From Parcubacteria group bacterium 21-54-25 (GTDB taxonomy: Bacteria; Patescibacteriota; Minisyncoccia; Phycocordibacterales; Phycocordibacteraceae), in NCBI GenBank assembly GCA_002255585.1, contig NCBJ01000002.1, positions 20,245 to 84,244 on the forward strand: a DNA stretch of 64,000 nucleotides, read 5' to 3'. The position numbers and the translations under genes are program-made. Shown in pieces: positions 29,001 through 37,819 of this stretch; the stretch's first letter is position 1, and each line of letters opens with the position of its first letter. The notes beneath the pieces are model-generated. The model saw only the letters and a list, made by a program, of their open reading frames with translations. It was not told the origin of the DNA and searched no databases.

Positions 29001-29324
29001 ATCGCAAGATCATCAGCAGTCCGTGCATCGCCGCAGACCAATCTTCATTCGTCTTCTTTATTCCCTCGAAACCTACATCTGGACATGACGGGGTCAGACG
29101 TACGTCGTCTGCAGACATATCTCGACACACACGGTACGCCAGTCGCAATCTCAGGGCCCGGCTCTCTTGGACAAGAGACCAAATACTTCGGTGCCCGTAC
29201 GAAAAACGCCTTGATCTTATTCCAAAACCAACATGCGACGCAAATCCTGACGCCGGCACACCTCACATACGGCACAGGCTACTTCGGCTCTGCCACGCGT
29301 AGTTACGTTATTGCACACCCTTAA
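26070..29324 (+). CDS. Large cell-surface protein: signal-anchor, two pectate-lyase-like right-handed beta-helix modules, Fn3-like domain, Thr/Pro-rich linker, C-terminal peptidoglycan-binding domain
   Basis: KKYGAVGNGITDDTAAIQRALDS...IYFPAGTYRI and second copy AQIQQAISQAAAIGGGTVVHIPAGTYYIN (pectate lyase 3-like heads); Fn3-like near aa 810-890; low-complexity T/P/Q linker; PG_binding_1-like tail (DVRRLQTYLDTHG...ALILFQ). Confidence 0.7.
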   Translation: MSFKRRKSHRIQKYQTHIIVVITLTVFVVLGTTVTGFLATAPRKSNAEGNEVFVGPFPSWVNVVKKYGAVGNGITDDTAAIQRALDSLSNAYPGSSNSANATTTIYFPAGTYRITAPLHLVAKHYVNIVGANPADTVILWDGPASTTTASSTAMLTVNGVYHSSIDRLTFNGRGNASIAIDQAWTPGQGFFDSGNEYADDVFENVGVGYRCGASGHGCAESSLLRDQFLNNSVAGVSLQNFNALDIFIWYSLFKNDAIGITNSLPNVVTASSAGNFHVYKSIFENSKIADMAIGNTGLFSALDNYSIDSNQFFYTSGSSAPAHITIQGNTIIDTTNPTSISVNNKGPLLLVDNTIVSSSANDSSSQPVVSANSWNPSILFSMDNSFTSSGPLTYANGSYYSFGDEKVSNSGINQTPPILPPPPPNQQPQIIEVPVNANAAQIQQAISQAAAIGGGTVVHIPAGTYYINTTLLVPANSGLQIIGDGEDSDLLWSGIGTGPVLRLLGPSRAVLKNFSVNGNNEQADGIEVDNADQPGGRVFMEQAWLTNSDTNLFVDGLDYTNTELYDFYHSGLPAGASANAGASVKVVGGPYAAHGLWKGGATNIFSGASSNTNLSYSVSGGAHLMIRDVWYEEHPQILPNFIDLTGTSTLTYAGSRMALQAVSGTPAINIHDFHGTATFLNNDLTTEYGNQTSSVIDINGNDTGADVTGIGLLGTGASYFNNNSNASVQGVLLGSIRRSQASGAADVPDQGSANAQFLTTALNQVQTEQPAQLSPLSPGVTDTRFYRVAVNNARIGIHLEALVPTTPPTISALSVSPANTLATIYWTTDEVANAAVDYGTSATYTTHTAADAYTTSHTIALPSLAQCTTYHYQVRSVDIFGNQTISPDQAFKTTGCQQASALPITATNTAPLLPTTLPAVTAPTSSQPVQSTATQGEAAPQTIATSTVAPPPQTNGELVTEIQHLLDLLHSLEEQLAIARSSAVRASPQTNLHSSSLFPRNLHLDMTGSDVRRLQTYLDTHGTPVAISGPGSLGQETKYFGARTKNALILFQNQHATQILTPAHLTYGTGYFGSATRSYVIAHP

Positions 29325-29326
29325 TT

Positions 29327-30706
29327 TTAATTAATGAGGTACGAAAGCGGGTTGAGATACGCGCTGATTGTTGCCACGGGCATAGTTGCATTTGCACAGC
29401 GTGTTCCAGAAACACCATGGAATTGTCCCAGCGTCATAATCTTGGTCCCTTCCGCCGCGTAGACACCGAAGTGCAAGTGTGGACCGGTCGCATAACCAGT
29501 CATGCCGGAGTATCCGATGATCTGGCCAGTGGTTACTGACTGCCCTTTCGAAACATCAATCTCGGAAAGGTGTGCGTACATAGTATTGAGACCGTTTGCG
29601 TGTGCAAGCATAATCCATTTACCAAAAGAGTAGCATTGCCGGCCAGCGGCATCGTGCGCAAGATCGGTGTTGCCGGTGTCAAGCACCGTGCCAGAAAGCG
29701 CAGCGCGCACGGGTGTGCCGATTGGCACCCCAATATCAACACCATCGTGACCATGCCCACTGTAAATTTGCGGGTTAGCGGTCGCAAACGGTGTAGTACC
29801 AAAATATTGTGTAATGCAGTAGCTGTTGCCGAAGTATCCTGCTCGCGCGGCACACTGTTGCATGATCGTATTTGAAAATGGCCATGAGAGTACACCGATA
29901 TTTGCTTTCGGGATTGATCCTGGATGTACGATAAGATTCAATTGACTCTGAAGCGACAGCAGCTCTTGTTCGAATGACTTTTCTGCTGCCTGCTTATCGG
30001 CAATAAGACTTTGATAGGTACTCTCTTTGTTCCTCGTCTGTGCCAGCAATGTTTTTTGAGTACTACGGTTTGCGTCAAGAGATCTGCGCTGAGAGATTTG
30101 ATCGTTCTGTAGCGATACCAGTTGCGCCTTCGCGGCTGCGACTGCGTCGTGCGTAACGGCAAGATCTGCCTTGGCATTTGCCAACTCGGTAATATGTGCT
30201 TCAAGCGCACGATTGAATTGATCGATCTGATCTGCTTCAACCCACACATCGGCGAGACGGCCCGTATCAAGTATCGATGCAAAAGGCGAAACCGCGTCCG
30301 CTTCGTTCATAGCACGCAGTGCTGATGCGGCGGCCGATTGTTGCGCATCGATTATGTTTTGCTTATTGCCTATAGCGAGCGCAAGCTGGTCAAGTTTTAG
30401 ATTCTCAGTGCCAATCTTATTTTGTGTTACGGCAAGATCAGCGGTAAGTTTCTGACGAGAAATGGTTAGCGATTGGATAGTTGATTCGAGCGTCGAGCGT
30501 TTCGCGCCGAGCGCATCGAGCTCCTTTTGATATCGTGCGATCTCGTCTTGCAGAGCATTAATTTGCGTGTTGTGGTCATTGATTTTTGCTTGAATCTCGT
30601 TTGCGGTAAGCGCATACGTAGGAGACGGTACTGAAAGCATGCTGACCACAAAAACCCCGCTGGGCACAAGTATCCAACCAAGGACTCTGCGTACACAAAA
30701 TCTCAT
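29327..30706 (-). CDS. M23-family peptidoglycan endopeptidase with long N-terminal coiled coil (EnvC/lysostaphin-like)
   Basis: Signal-anchor, about 250-aa coiled coil, C-terminal M23 with HxxxD (GHGHDGVDIG) and HLH (GPHLHFGVY). Confidence 0.8.
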   Translation of the reverse strand: MRFCVRRVLGWILVPSGVFVVSMLSVPSPTYALTANEIQAKINDHNTQINALQDEIARYQKELDALGAKRSTLESTIQSLTISRQKLTADLAVTQNKIGTENLKLDQLALAIGNKQNIIDAQQSAAASALRAMNEADAVSPFASILDTGRLADVWVEADQIDQFNRALEAHITELANAKADLAVTHDAVAAAKAQLVSLQNDQISQRRSLDANRSTQKTLLAQTRNKESTYQSLIADKQAAEKSFEQELLSLQSQLNLIVHPGSIPKANIGVLSWPFSNTIMQQCAARAGYFGNSYCITQYFGTTPFATANPQIYSGHGHDGVDIGVPIGTPVRAALSGTVLDTGNTDLAHDAAGRQCYSFGKWIMLAHANGLNTMYAHLSEIDVSKGQSVTTGQIIGYSGMTGYATGPHLHFGVYAAEGTKIMTLGQFHGVSGTRCANATMPVATISAYLNPLSYLIN

Positions 30707-32022
30707 TCTTTGAGTATAGCAAGTGCTTTGTGAATACGATTGAGTGCTTCGTTTTTCCCAAGAATTGCAATAAGAGTGAATGGGTCCGGTGAGCGTTCGG
30801 CATGCGAAAGCGCGTAGCGGAGCGGCCAGAGCACGGCTGCCCTACCCTCTTGGTCAGCATACGGCATGAGCACGTCTTTTATAGTGGCGGCGCCAACATC
30901 ATCAGGAAGTCGCTCTATGAGCAGCAAGAGGTGTGTGAGATGTTTACGAGTGGCACTCGGCTGATCGGAAGGTTCTTTAACACGCAACGTTCCTTCGTTG
31001 AGGTCAGGAAGTAGAGCACCATAAAGTTCTACGTTCAACTTTGTAAGCAGGTCTTGAGCTTCTTTGAACGTGTGCGCCTTATCTTTACACAGCTGAAGCA
31101 GCGCTGGTGGAATCGCCTCTCCTCGCCCTAGGTACGTACCGTACGCTGCGTCTGAGAGTGCGCGCATCCAATGCTGATTTACCGAAAAGAGCTTGGTCTC
31201 ATCGAACATGGCGCCGCTTTTTTGTACGCGGTCGAGTGAGAACCTCGCCATGAGATCGGCTCGAGATAAATATTCACAATCGTCTTCAGGATGCCAACCA
31301 AGAAGTGCAAGATAGTTGAGCATAGCTTCCGACAGCACGCCCATCTCGCGATATTCAGTGAGTGCCTTGGCGCCCTTGCGCTTGGAAAGTTTTGATCGAT
31401 CAGCAGCAAGAATGAGCGGAAGATGTGCATACACAGGGGTTTCTAGACCAAGCGCGCGTTGGATGAGGATTTGTCGTGGGGTGTTGGAAATATGATCTTC
31501 ACCGCGAATAACGTGCGTGATGCCCGCATCCGCGTCATCAACCACTACCGCGAGATGAAATATCGGCTCATCAAAGCCTTTCGCAATCACGAAGTCACCT
31601 AGATCGCTCACGTCCATGGACACCGCACCGCGAACGACGTCAGCAAACGAGATAACCCCCCCTGGATTTTTGAAGCGAATCACTTCTGCGCGCGCGTCTG
31701 GCGTTTTCGGTGTTTCCTGTGATACGTAGGCAGCCCCACTATCAACCAATTTTTGAATTGCCGCACGGTGTGCACCAACATGTTCGCTCTGGCGCGAGAA
31801 ATCGTCGTATTCAAGTCCAAGCCACGCGAGCGATTCGACGATATTGTCTTCATATTCCTTTCTTGATCGGGCGCGATCGGTGTCTTCAATGCGCAGCACG
31901 AACTGCCCACCATGTTGACGTGCAAAGAGATACGAGAAGACCGCGGTGCGATAATTGCCACTATGAAGCAACCCTGTCGGACTTGGCGCAAAGCGAGTTT
32001 TTGTATACGCAATCGTAGTCAT
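30703..32022 (-). CDS. gltX: Glutamyl-tRNA synthetase
   Basis: Class I HSGN (HIGH-like) and KLSKRKG motifs; start taken at MTTIAYTKTRFAPSPTG. Confidence 0.85.
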   Translation of the reverse strand: MTTIAYTKTRFAPSPTGLLHSGNYRTAVFSYLFARQHGGQFVLRIEDTDRARSRKEYEDNIVESLAWLGLEYDDFSRQSEHVGAHRAAIQKLVDSGAAYVSQETPKTPDARAEVIRFKNPGGVISFADVVRGAVSMDVSDLGDFVIAKGFDEPIFHLAVVVDDADAGITHVIRGEDHISNTPRQILIQRALGLETPVYAHLPLILAADRSKLSKRKGAKALTEYREMGVLSEAMLNYLALLGWHPEDDCEYLSRADLMARFSLDRVQKSGAMFDETKLFSVNQHWMRALSDAAYGTYLGRGEAIPPALLQLCKDKAHTFKEAQDLLTKLNVELYGALLPDLNEGTLRVKEPSDQPSATRKHLTHLLLLIERLPDDVGAATIKDVLMPYADQEGRAAVLWPLRYALSHAERSPDPFTLIAILGKNEALNRIHKALAILKE

Positions 32023-32046
32023 ACTAAACAATAATTAATTATTTCT

Positions 32047-33192
32047 CTACTCCCCCTGCTCGTGTGAGAGTGCGATTGAAAGTGCTGCGGCGGCAAGAAG
32101 TCGTGCCGCGTCCGGATCCGTAAACGAAGCACCCGCCGCACCCATTGTGGAGGCCAGCTCAGTATCACCTACAATACGTGTAACCTCAGAAGCCAGCAGG
32201 TGCGGCGTAAGGTTGCTCTCTTCTAATACCACCGCCGCGCCGTTTTCGGCAAAAGCGTACGCGTTGGCCCGCTGGTCGTGACTCACTTCTTCGGGGATAG
32301 GAATTAAAATTGCGGGACGTTTCCATGCAGCAATTTCGGCAATCGTACCGGCCCCTGCTCGCGCAATAACGAGCGTGGCAATGCCACCTGCCTGTCGCAA
32401 CGACTCAATCGACAGATATCCAAAAGGGTGGTAACGCGCGGCGTGTGCATCACGTTCGAGAGTAATACCAGCGACCTCTTTTGTGCTTTCAAGATGCTGC
32501 ACGCCGGTTTGATGGATAATGTTTGCATGAGCAACGAGTTGTGGGAGTGCCGCAAGAATTGTTTCGTTGATACGCGCAGACCCTTGAGAACCGCCCAGCA
32601 CGAGTATGGTTGGTACAGAGATATCGAGTTTGAGAAGAGTCGCAGCGTCTGCTGGTGGAGGGAGAAAAAATTCCTTACGGACTGGCACCCCCGTGCGCGC
32701 AATGCGAATACGAGTTTTTTGCGGGAAATATTGTGCCGCGCTATCAAAAGAAGTAGCGATACGGACAGCAAAACGTGCACCGAGCAGGTTAGCGCGCCCG
32801 GGTTTTGCGTCAGATTCATGTACGATGATAGGAATACGCAAAAGCGCCGCAGCAAGCACTGTGGGGACACTTGCATACCCCCCCTTCGATATCACCACGT
32901 CCGGGTACAAGCGAACCAGCTGAGTGAATGACCACAAAAAACCAGTGAAAGTAAATACCAGATCGATAATGTTGCGGAAAGACGGGTAGCGTCTGATTTT
33001 ACCTGCCGGACTTTTCAAAAATATGATGCCATTTTCAAAAAGTGCCTGCGGATCAAATGGAGTAGGCGCCATATAGTACAGAGTTGGCTCGACAAGATAC
33101 TGTGCGCGCGCAAGCTCTTTGAGCGCCTCGGCAACCGCAATAATGGGATAGAAATGGCCACCGGTTCCGCCACCCGTAAACACAATTCTCAT
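32047..33192 (-). CDS. murG: UDP-GlcNAc--MurNAc-(pentapeptide)-PP-undecaprenol GlcNAc transferase MurG
   Basis: MRIVFTGGGTGGHFYP N-terminus, GT28 fold. Confidence 0.85.
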   Translation of the reverse strand: MRIVFTGGGTGGHFYPIIAVAEALKELARAQYLVEPTLYYMAPTPFDPQALFENGIIFLKSPAGKIRRYPSFRNIIDLVFTFTGFLWSFTQLVRLYPDVVISKGGYASVPTVLAAALLRIPIIVHESDAKPGRANLLGARFAVRIATSFDSAAQYFPQKTRIRIARTGVPVRKEFFLPPPADAATLLKLDISVPTILVLGGSQGSARINETILAALPQLVAHANIIHQTGVQHLESTKEVAGITLERDAHAARYHPFGYLSIESLRQAGGIATLVIARAGAGTIAEIAAWKRPAILIPIPEEVSHDQRANAYAFAENGAAVVLEESNLTPHLLASEVTRIVGDTELASTMGAAGASFTDPDAARLLAAAALSIALSHEQGE

Positions 33193-33222
33193 GGCGTCCA
33201 GTATACCATCTCACCCCACGCA

Positions 33223-34422
33223 TTACGCAGCATCCCGCGTACCAGATACGCTGCCAATCAGGCGAGATGATGATGGAGAGGATGTTCGACGATGCGCGGC
33301 GACATTGAGAATGAAACCGGCTTCGGCGATGGCAACTAATAACGCTGTGCCGCCATGACTGATGAACGGAAGTGGTAAGCCAGTGAGTGGAATGATGCCA
33401 AGCATCGCACCCATGTTTATAAACGCCTGAGACGCTAGGAGCCATGAAAAGCCAAGGGCGGCGAGCCCGCTAAAGCGGTCGGGTGCCTGGCCAGCGATAG
33501 TGATGCCGCGCGCAGCAAGCGCAAAAAATAAACTAATAAGCACCAAAGAACCAATAAAACCAAACTCTTCGGCGTATACCGCGAATATCGAATCACCATC
33601 TGGCTCTGGAAGATAATTGAATTTCTGCACACTCTCGCCAAAACCACGACCGAATATGCCTCCTGCGCCAATCGCAATGAGCGACTGCTGGATCTGATAC
33701 CCACTACCAAGTGGATTGGCGCCCTGGTCAAGGAAGGTTGTCACACGCTGCAGCACATAGGGCCGTATGAGCACAACAACGCTTAATGCAAGAATGCCAA
33801 CCAAAACAATAGCAAGCAGGTCACGCAGTGGTGCCCCCGCAGCAAAATACATAGCCACAGCGGTGAGGCCGATGAGCAACATCGTGCTCGTATTTGGCTG
33901 TACCAATAAAATAAATGATGGCACGCCAACGATACCCAAGAACGGCAATAACCCTCGACGATAATCAGCCAACGAGTTTGCGTTGTGCGCCAAAAACCAT
34001 CCGACAAAAAATACGGCCCCGATCTTCAAGAACTCTGCCGGCTGGAGCGTGATGACACGAAGATTAAGCCAGCGCGTTGCGCCATACGCATGCGACCCGA
34101 GCCCGGGTAGAAATACGAGCAAGGTGAGAAAAAGCGATGCTCCAAAAATCCAGGGCGCCATGCGTCGAAACCAGGAAAGCGGAGCCATGCGAAAAAACGC
34201 AAACGCGATGGCGCCGCCACCAAGCCCGAACACAATCTGGGTGAGTGCATCGTGAGCAATGTTCACATCTGCACGCGCTAACAAACCCAGTGTTGCGGAA
34301 GAAAATATAGCCACGCCGCCAATAGCAAGCACTGCGACGATGCTCAGGAAAACCCGGTCACCAGAGAAAACATGTTTGATAAATCTGGTGCGCGGCATAA
34401 CTTGTTTAGCGACCAGCCCCAA
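33223..34422 (-). CDS. ftsW: SEDS-family peptidoglycan polymerase FtsW/RodA
   Basis: About 10 TM segments, conserved SEDS motifs; between mraY and murG. Confidence 0.8.
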   Translation of the reverse strand: MGLVAKQVMPRTRFIKHVFSGDRVFLSIVAVLAIGGVAIFSSATLGLLARADVNIAHDALTQIVFGLGGGAIAFAFFRMAPLSWFRRMAPWIFGASLFLTLLVFLPGLGSHAYGATRWLNLRVITLQPAEFLKIGAVFFVGWFLAHNANSLADYRRGLLPFLGIVGVPSFILLVQPNTSTMLLIGLTAVAMYFAAGAPLRDLLAIVLVGILALSVVVLIRPYVLQRVTTFLDQGANPLGSGYQIQQSLIAIGAGGIFGRGFGESVQKFNYLPEPDGDSIFAVYAEEFGFIGSLVLISLFFALAARGITIAGQAPDRFSGLAALGFSWLLASQAFINMGAMLGIIPLTGLPLPFISHGGTALLVAIAEAGFILNVAAHRRTSSPSSSRLIGSVSGTRDAA

Positions 34423-35473
34423 GAAGGGCGAGCGAGAGACCGAGCACGCCTAAAATAATCGTCATGACCCAATAGCGCATAGTGACTTTGGCTGGTGGCC
34501 AACCGATTGCTTCGAAGTGGTGGTGGATTGGCGCGATACGAAAAAGTTTCCGACCAAAATACCGTTTCCAAAAGACTTGTAGCAATGTCGTGATCACCGT
34601 CGCAAAAAGCGGAAACGCAATGATGGGTAACATGAGGACACCAACGCCACCGCCGACGGCATCAGCGGAAAAGGCGGTAATGGCAAGCGCAAGCGTCAGC
34701 GCCATACTACCGGTTTCAGACATATAAAATCTAGCGGGTGGAATGTTGAACCACAGAAACGCAAGTATTGCGCCAGCCACAGTTGCCGCGAATGCTGCGA
34801 GGGTAAACTGTCCTTGCACGAACGCGATGCTGGAATAAATCATAAAAATAATCGAGAACACGCCACCGGAAAGCCCATCGATACCATCAATGGTTCCTCC
34901 AGCATACGTGGCGAGCGTTACCAAAACAAAAAATGGGATAAAGAATACGTGGAGATCCAACGGCCCATTAAAAGGGACGCCGACTGAAGAAACACCGAGT
35001 TTTGTATAAAACCACCACGCAGCAAACAAGCCCATAAGACCAACGATTAATAGCCGCGTGCGCAAGCGTAACCCTCCATTCCCTTCTCGTACTTCAAGCA
35101 CGTCATCAAAAAGACCGCCGAGCGCACCCACCACGAGCGCAGTAAGCGGCAGCCATGTCTGACTGCGGTCAATAAAACTTAGCTGAGCGAACGGGCCACC
35201 AACGAATATACCGAGCCCCCAAAGACCCAAGGCGGTGATCAATGTCGAAACCCATATAAGAATGCCGCCCATGCGCGGCGTCGACACCTCACGCTCTTTG
35301 TGCAGAGAATCAAATATCGGTGTGCCGCCTCCACCTATCCCATTACCTTTGCCGCCCCGTTTCTTCCAGGCATGAAATTTATATAGATAATGCGCGAGGA
35401 GAGGTGCTAGGATAATGCCGAATGCAAATGAAATTGCGGACGGGATAAGCACTCTTGCGGCAGCGCCAATCAT
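34406..35473 (-). CDS. mraY: Phospho-N-acetylmuramoyl-pentapeptide transferase MraY
   Basis: 355 aa polytopic; conserved MraY loops (PTMGG-like GGILIW, HHHFE). Confidence 0.85.
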   Translation of the reverse strand: MIGAAARVLIPSAISFAFGIILAPLLAHYLYKFHAWKKRGGKGNGIGGGGTPIFDSLHKEREVSTPRMGGILIWVSTLITALGLWGLGIFVGGPFAQLSFIDRSQTWLPLTALVVGALGGLFDDVLEVREGNGGLRLRTRLLIVGLMGLFAAWWFYTKLGVSSVGVPFNGPLDLHVFFIPFFVLVTLATYAGGTIDGIDGLSGGVFSIIFMIYSSIAFVQGQFTLAAFAATVAGAILAFLWFNIPPARFYMSETGSMALTLALAITAFSADAVGGGVGVLMLPIIAFPLFATVITTLLQVFWKRYFGRKLFRIAPIHHHFEAIGWPPAKVTMRYWVMTIILGVLGLSLALLGAGR

Positions 35474-36417
35474 AGCGAAGAAACGCCAGCAAAGTGCGCG
35501 AGCGTAGCAGCAATGAGCGTGTTCACATCCGTGAAGCGCCCTTTTTCTGTCGAACCAAGCGCGACGACCGCAATGGGGTGGTCAAAAGCCACATCAAAAA
35601 TAACAACTAGATTGCCGCCTGCCAAATCAGTATAGCCTGTTTTTGATAGTAGTATCCGTGGCATAGTTGTCACGTATTGATCGGTATTACGCGTGACGTG
35701 CGTGATGCCGTAATTTGAGGTAAGCGTAGCGGAAAGGTGTGTGGTGGCAGATGCAATACTTGGCGCTTCTTTAAGCAGTGCGCCGGCAAGCAGTGCAACA
35801 TCGCGCGGAGACCCATAGCCACCAGATACCATGGTACTTGAATCCAGACCAGTTCCATCAAGCGCATAGGTTTGCGAAAGACCGATGGCAACCGCAGACG
35901 CTTCCAACATCGATGGGATAGTTGTGTTCGTACGCGTGGCCGTGGTCGCCGCAATAGCTGCTGCCCCATCATTAATGGAACCGGTGAGCGTATAACGCGC
36001 GAGATCCTTTAACGAAAATACTTCCCCGGGGTCAAAACCACTATTCCCTTCGGTTTCGATATTGGCACGCGTGATAGTGATGGGCGCGTTCAAACCCAGC
36101 TCTTTCACTGCGGTATACACCGTAAGTAGTTTCGTAATCGATGCGAGCGGTAGTTGAGCGGTTGCGTTCTTTGAAAAGAGTGTTTTGTGCTTAGCAAGGT
36201 CGTACACAATTGCTGCCTTGGCGTGGAGAGGCAGGTTCTCAAATGCGTTCGGTGTTGATGAGGCAACGACCACCGGCGACGGCATCGTCGATGGCACCGA
36301 ACGCGGGAAGAGCAGCAAGAAGCCGCCGAGCACGACAGCACTTGCAAGAAGTGCTGTGCCGGCTTCTCGTCGTATGCGTCTGCGACGCGTGCGTGGATCA
36401 AATTCGAGTGCTTCCAT
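35470..36417 (-). CDS. D-alanyl-D-alanine carboxypeptidase (S11, PBP5-like)
   Basis: TM anchor; SITK (SxxK), SIND (SxN), KTGYT (KTG). Confidence 0.7.
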   Translation of the reverse strand: MEALEFDPRTRRRRIRREAGTALLASAVVLGGFLLLFPRSVPSTMPSPVVVASSTPNAFENLPLHAKAAIVYDLAKHKTLFSKNATAQLPLASITKLLTVYTAVKELGLNAPITITRANIETEGNSGFDPGEVFSLKDLARYTLTGSINDGAAAIAATTATRTNTTIPSMLEASAVAIGLSQTYALDGTGLDSSTMVSGGYGSPRDVALLAGALLKEAPSIASATTHLSATLTSNYGITHVTRNTDQYVTTMPRILLSKTGYTDLAGGNLVVIFDVAFDHPIAVVALGSTEKGRFTDVNTLIAATLAHFAGVSSL

Positions 36418-36422
36418 GAAAA

Positions 36423-36980
36423 CTATGCGACTGCTTCCCCTTCTTGAGCCCTCTCCTCACGTTCCGTCTCTGCAAGCGCTGTGGTGAACTCGGTGTAGCG
36501 CGGGAGCGCGTCTGCGCGCGAGACGCCCAGATGTGCAAGCGCGTCGGTGGTCGCACGGTAGCGTATGCGGCGCCGGCCGTGCGTGTCCTCCTCTCCTTCA
36601 ATCAGACCGCGCAACATGAGTGCGCGCACGGTCGCTGAGGAGTTCACGCCGCGCACCCAGTCAATTTCGCCCCGCGTCGCACTACCGCGATACAAAATGA
36701 TAGCGAGTGCTTCGAGCCCGGCCTTACCTAGATCGCGCGAAAATTCGCTTTCGGTAAACTGCCTCACGACCCCGGCCGCCTCTGGCGCAGTACGTAACTC
36801 AAGCGCGTGTTCGGTTTCCATAAGGACCAATCCTCTTCCAACCAACTCTGCGCGTAGTGTTTCAGCCGTCTGATCCATTTCGGTCGCCGAAAGGCCAAGA
36901 AGTGCTGCTGCGCGCTTCTTTTCAATCGGTTCACCTGAGGCAAACAGCATGGCTTCAAGCAGGATAGGCGGCATAAACAT
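36423..36980 (-). CDS. scpB: Segregation and condensation protein B
   Basis: Tandem winged-helix ScpB pattern (ILEAMLFASGEP...). Confidence 0.8.
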   Translation of the reverse strand: MFMPPILLEAMLFASGEPIEKKRAAALLGLSATEMDQTAETLRAELVGRGLVLMETEHALELRTAPEAAGVVRQFTESEFSRDLGKAGLEALAIILYRGSATRGEIDWVRGVNSSATVRALMLRGLIEGEEDTHGRRRIRYRATTDALAHLGVSRADALPRYTEFTTALAETEREERAQEGEAVA

Positions 36981-37063
36981 GTCCCTTAGAATACCGCGAT
37001 TTCCCCAGCTCGCAAAACCACTTCTGGGGATGCGCGGGCACGAAAATATCCGGCTGACGTGCC

Positions 37064-37819
37064 TTAGCGGTACGTAGGAACAGTATCGCTCGTGGTATTG
37101 GACATGCGGATATCGCCGAAAGCTTCGTACTGGGCGGCTTCCACGGCACCCTGTTTGACGAGCTCAAGAAGAGCAAGAAACGAGACAATGACGTCTACCT
37201 TGTCTTTCTTGCCATGTCCGGAGAAGTCACGAAACGAGAGCGTAAGCGCCGCCTGCACGCGCGCAGCCAGCTGGTCCATCATTTCTTCTATAGAAATTGT
37301 CTTGCGTACGCGTGTTTCTGGGAGTGGCGCTTCTGGTGGCTCACGTGCGGCAAGCACCGCACTAAGTGCCTCGGTCATAGCAGCAAGCGATAGATCGCGT
37401 GATGGCGCAAAAATAGGCTCAGGTGCACGCTCCCCGCGCGCCACGAGCACCGAGCGGGCAAAGAGCCGCGAGAGCTCACGCGCCGCGTCGCGAGCTTTTT
37501 CATAGAGTGCGAGGCGATGCGTCAGTTCCTCGACATCCTCGGCCTCCTCTTCGGTAAGCGAAAGATCAGGAAGCAGCGATTTTGACTTGATGAGTAGCAG
37601 AGTCGCAGCAATACCGACGAAATGCGTAGTCTCCTCAATCGGAAAGGTAGCCTGCGCGCGCACGTGTTGAATGAAATCGTCCGTAATGGAAGCAAGCGAG
37701 AGATCGTTTACCAAGAGCTTGCGTTTCTCGATGAGCTCAAGCGCAAGCTCGAACGGCCCTTCGTACACGCTCGTACGAATTTCAAAACTACTCTTTGATG
37801 TTTCCAGAATCGGTTCCAT
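37064..37819 (-). CDS. scpA: Segregation and condensation protein A
   Basis: ScpA N-terminal SMC-binding region (YEGPFELALELI); start ATG 37819 (37831 also possible); overlaps aspS 3' end by 32-44 nt. Confidence 0.8.
   Translation of the reverse strand: MEPILETSKSSFEIRTSVYEGPFELALELIEKRKLLVNDLSLASITDDFIQHVRAQATFPIEETTHFVGIAATLLLIKSKSLLPDLSLTEEEAEDVEELTHRLALYEKARDAARELSRLFARSVLVARGERAPEPIFAPSRDLSLAAMTEALSAVLAAREPPEAPLPETRVRKTISIEEMMDQLAARVQAALTLSFRDFSGHGKKDKVDVIVSFLALLELVKQGAVEAAQYEAFGDIRMSNTTSDTVPTYR

Noticed and set aside
29321-29334. ttaattttaattaa at the convergent stops of the beta-helix and M23 genes as a palindromic regulatory site
   Set aside because: The sequence is not a true palindrome (its reverse complement differs). 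It is simply two stop codons in AT-rich context.
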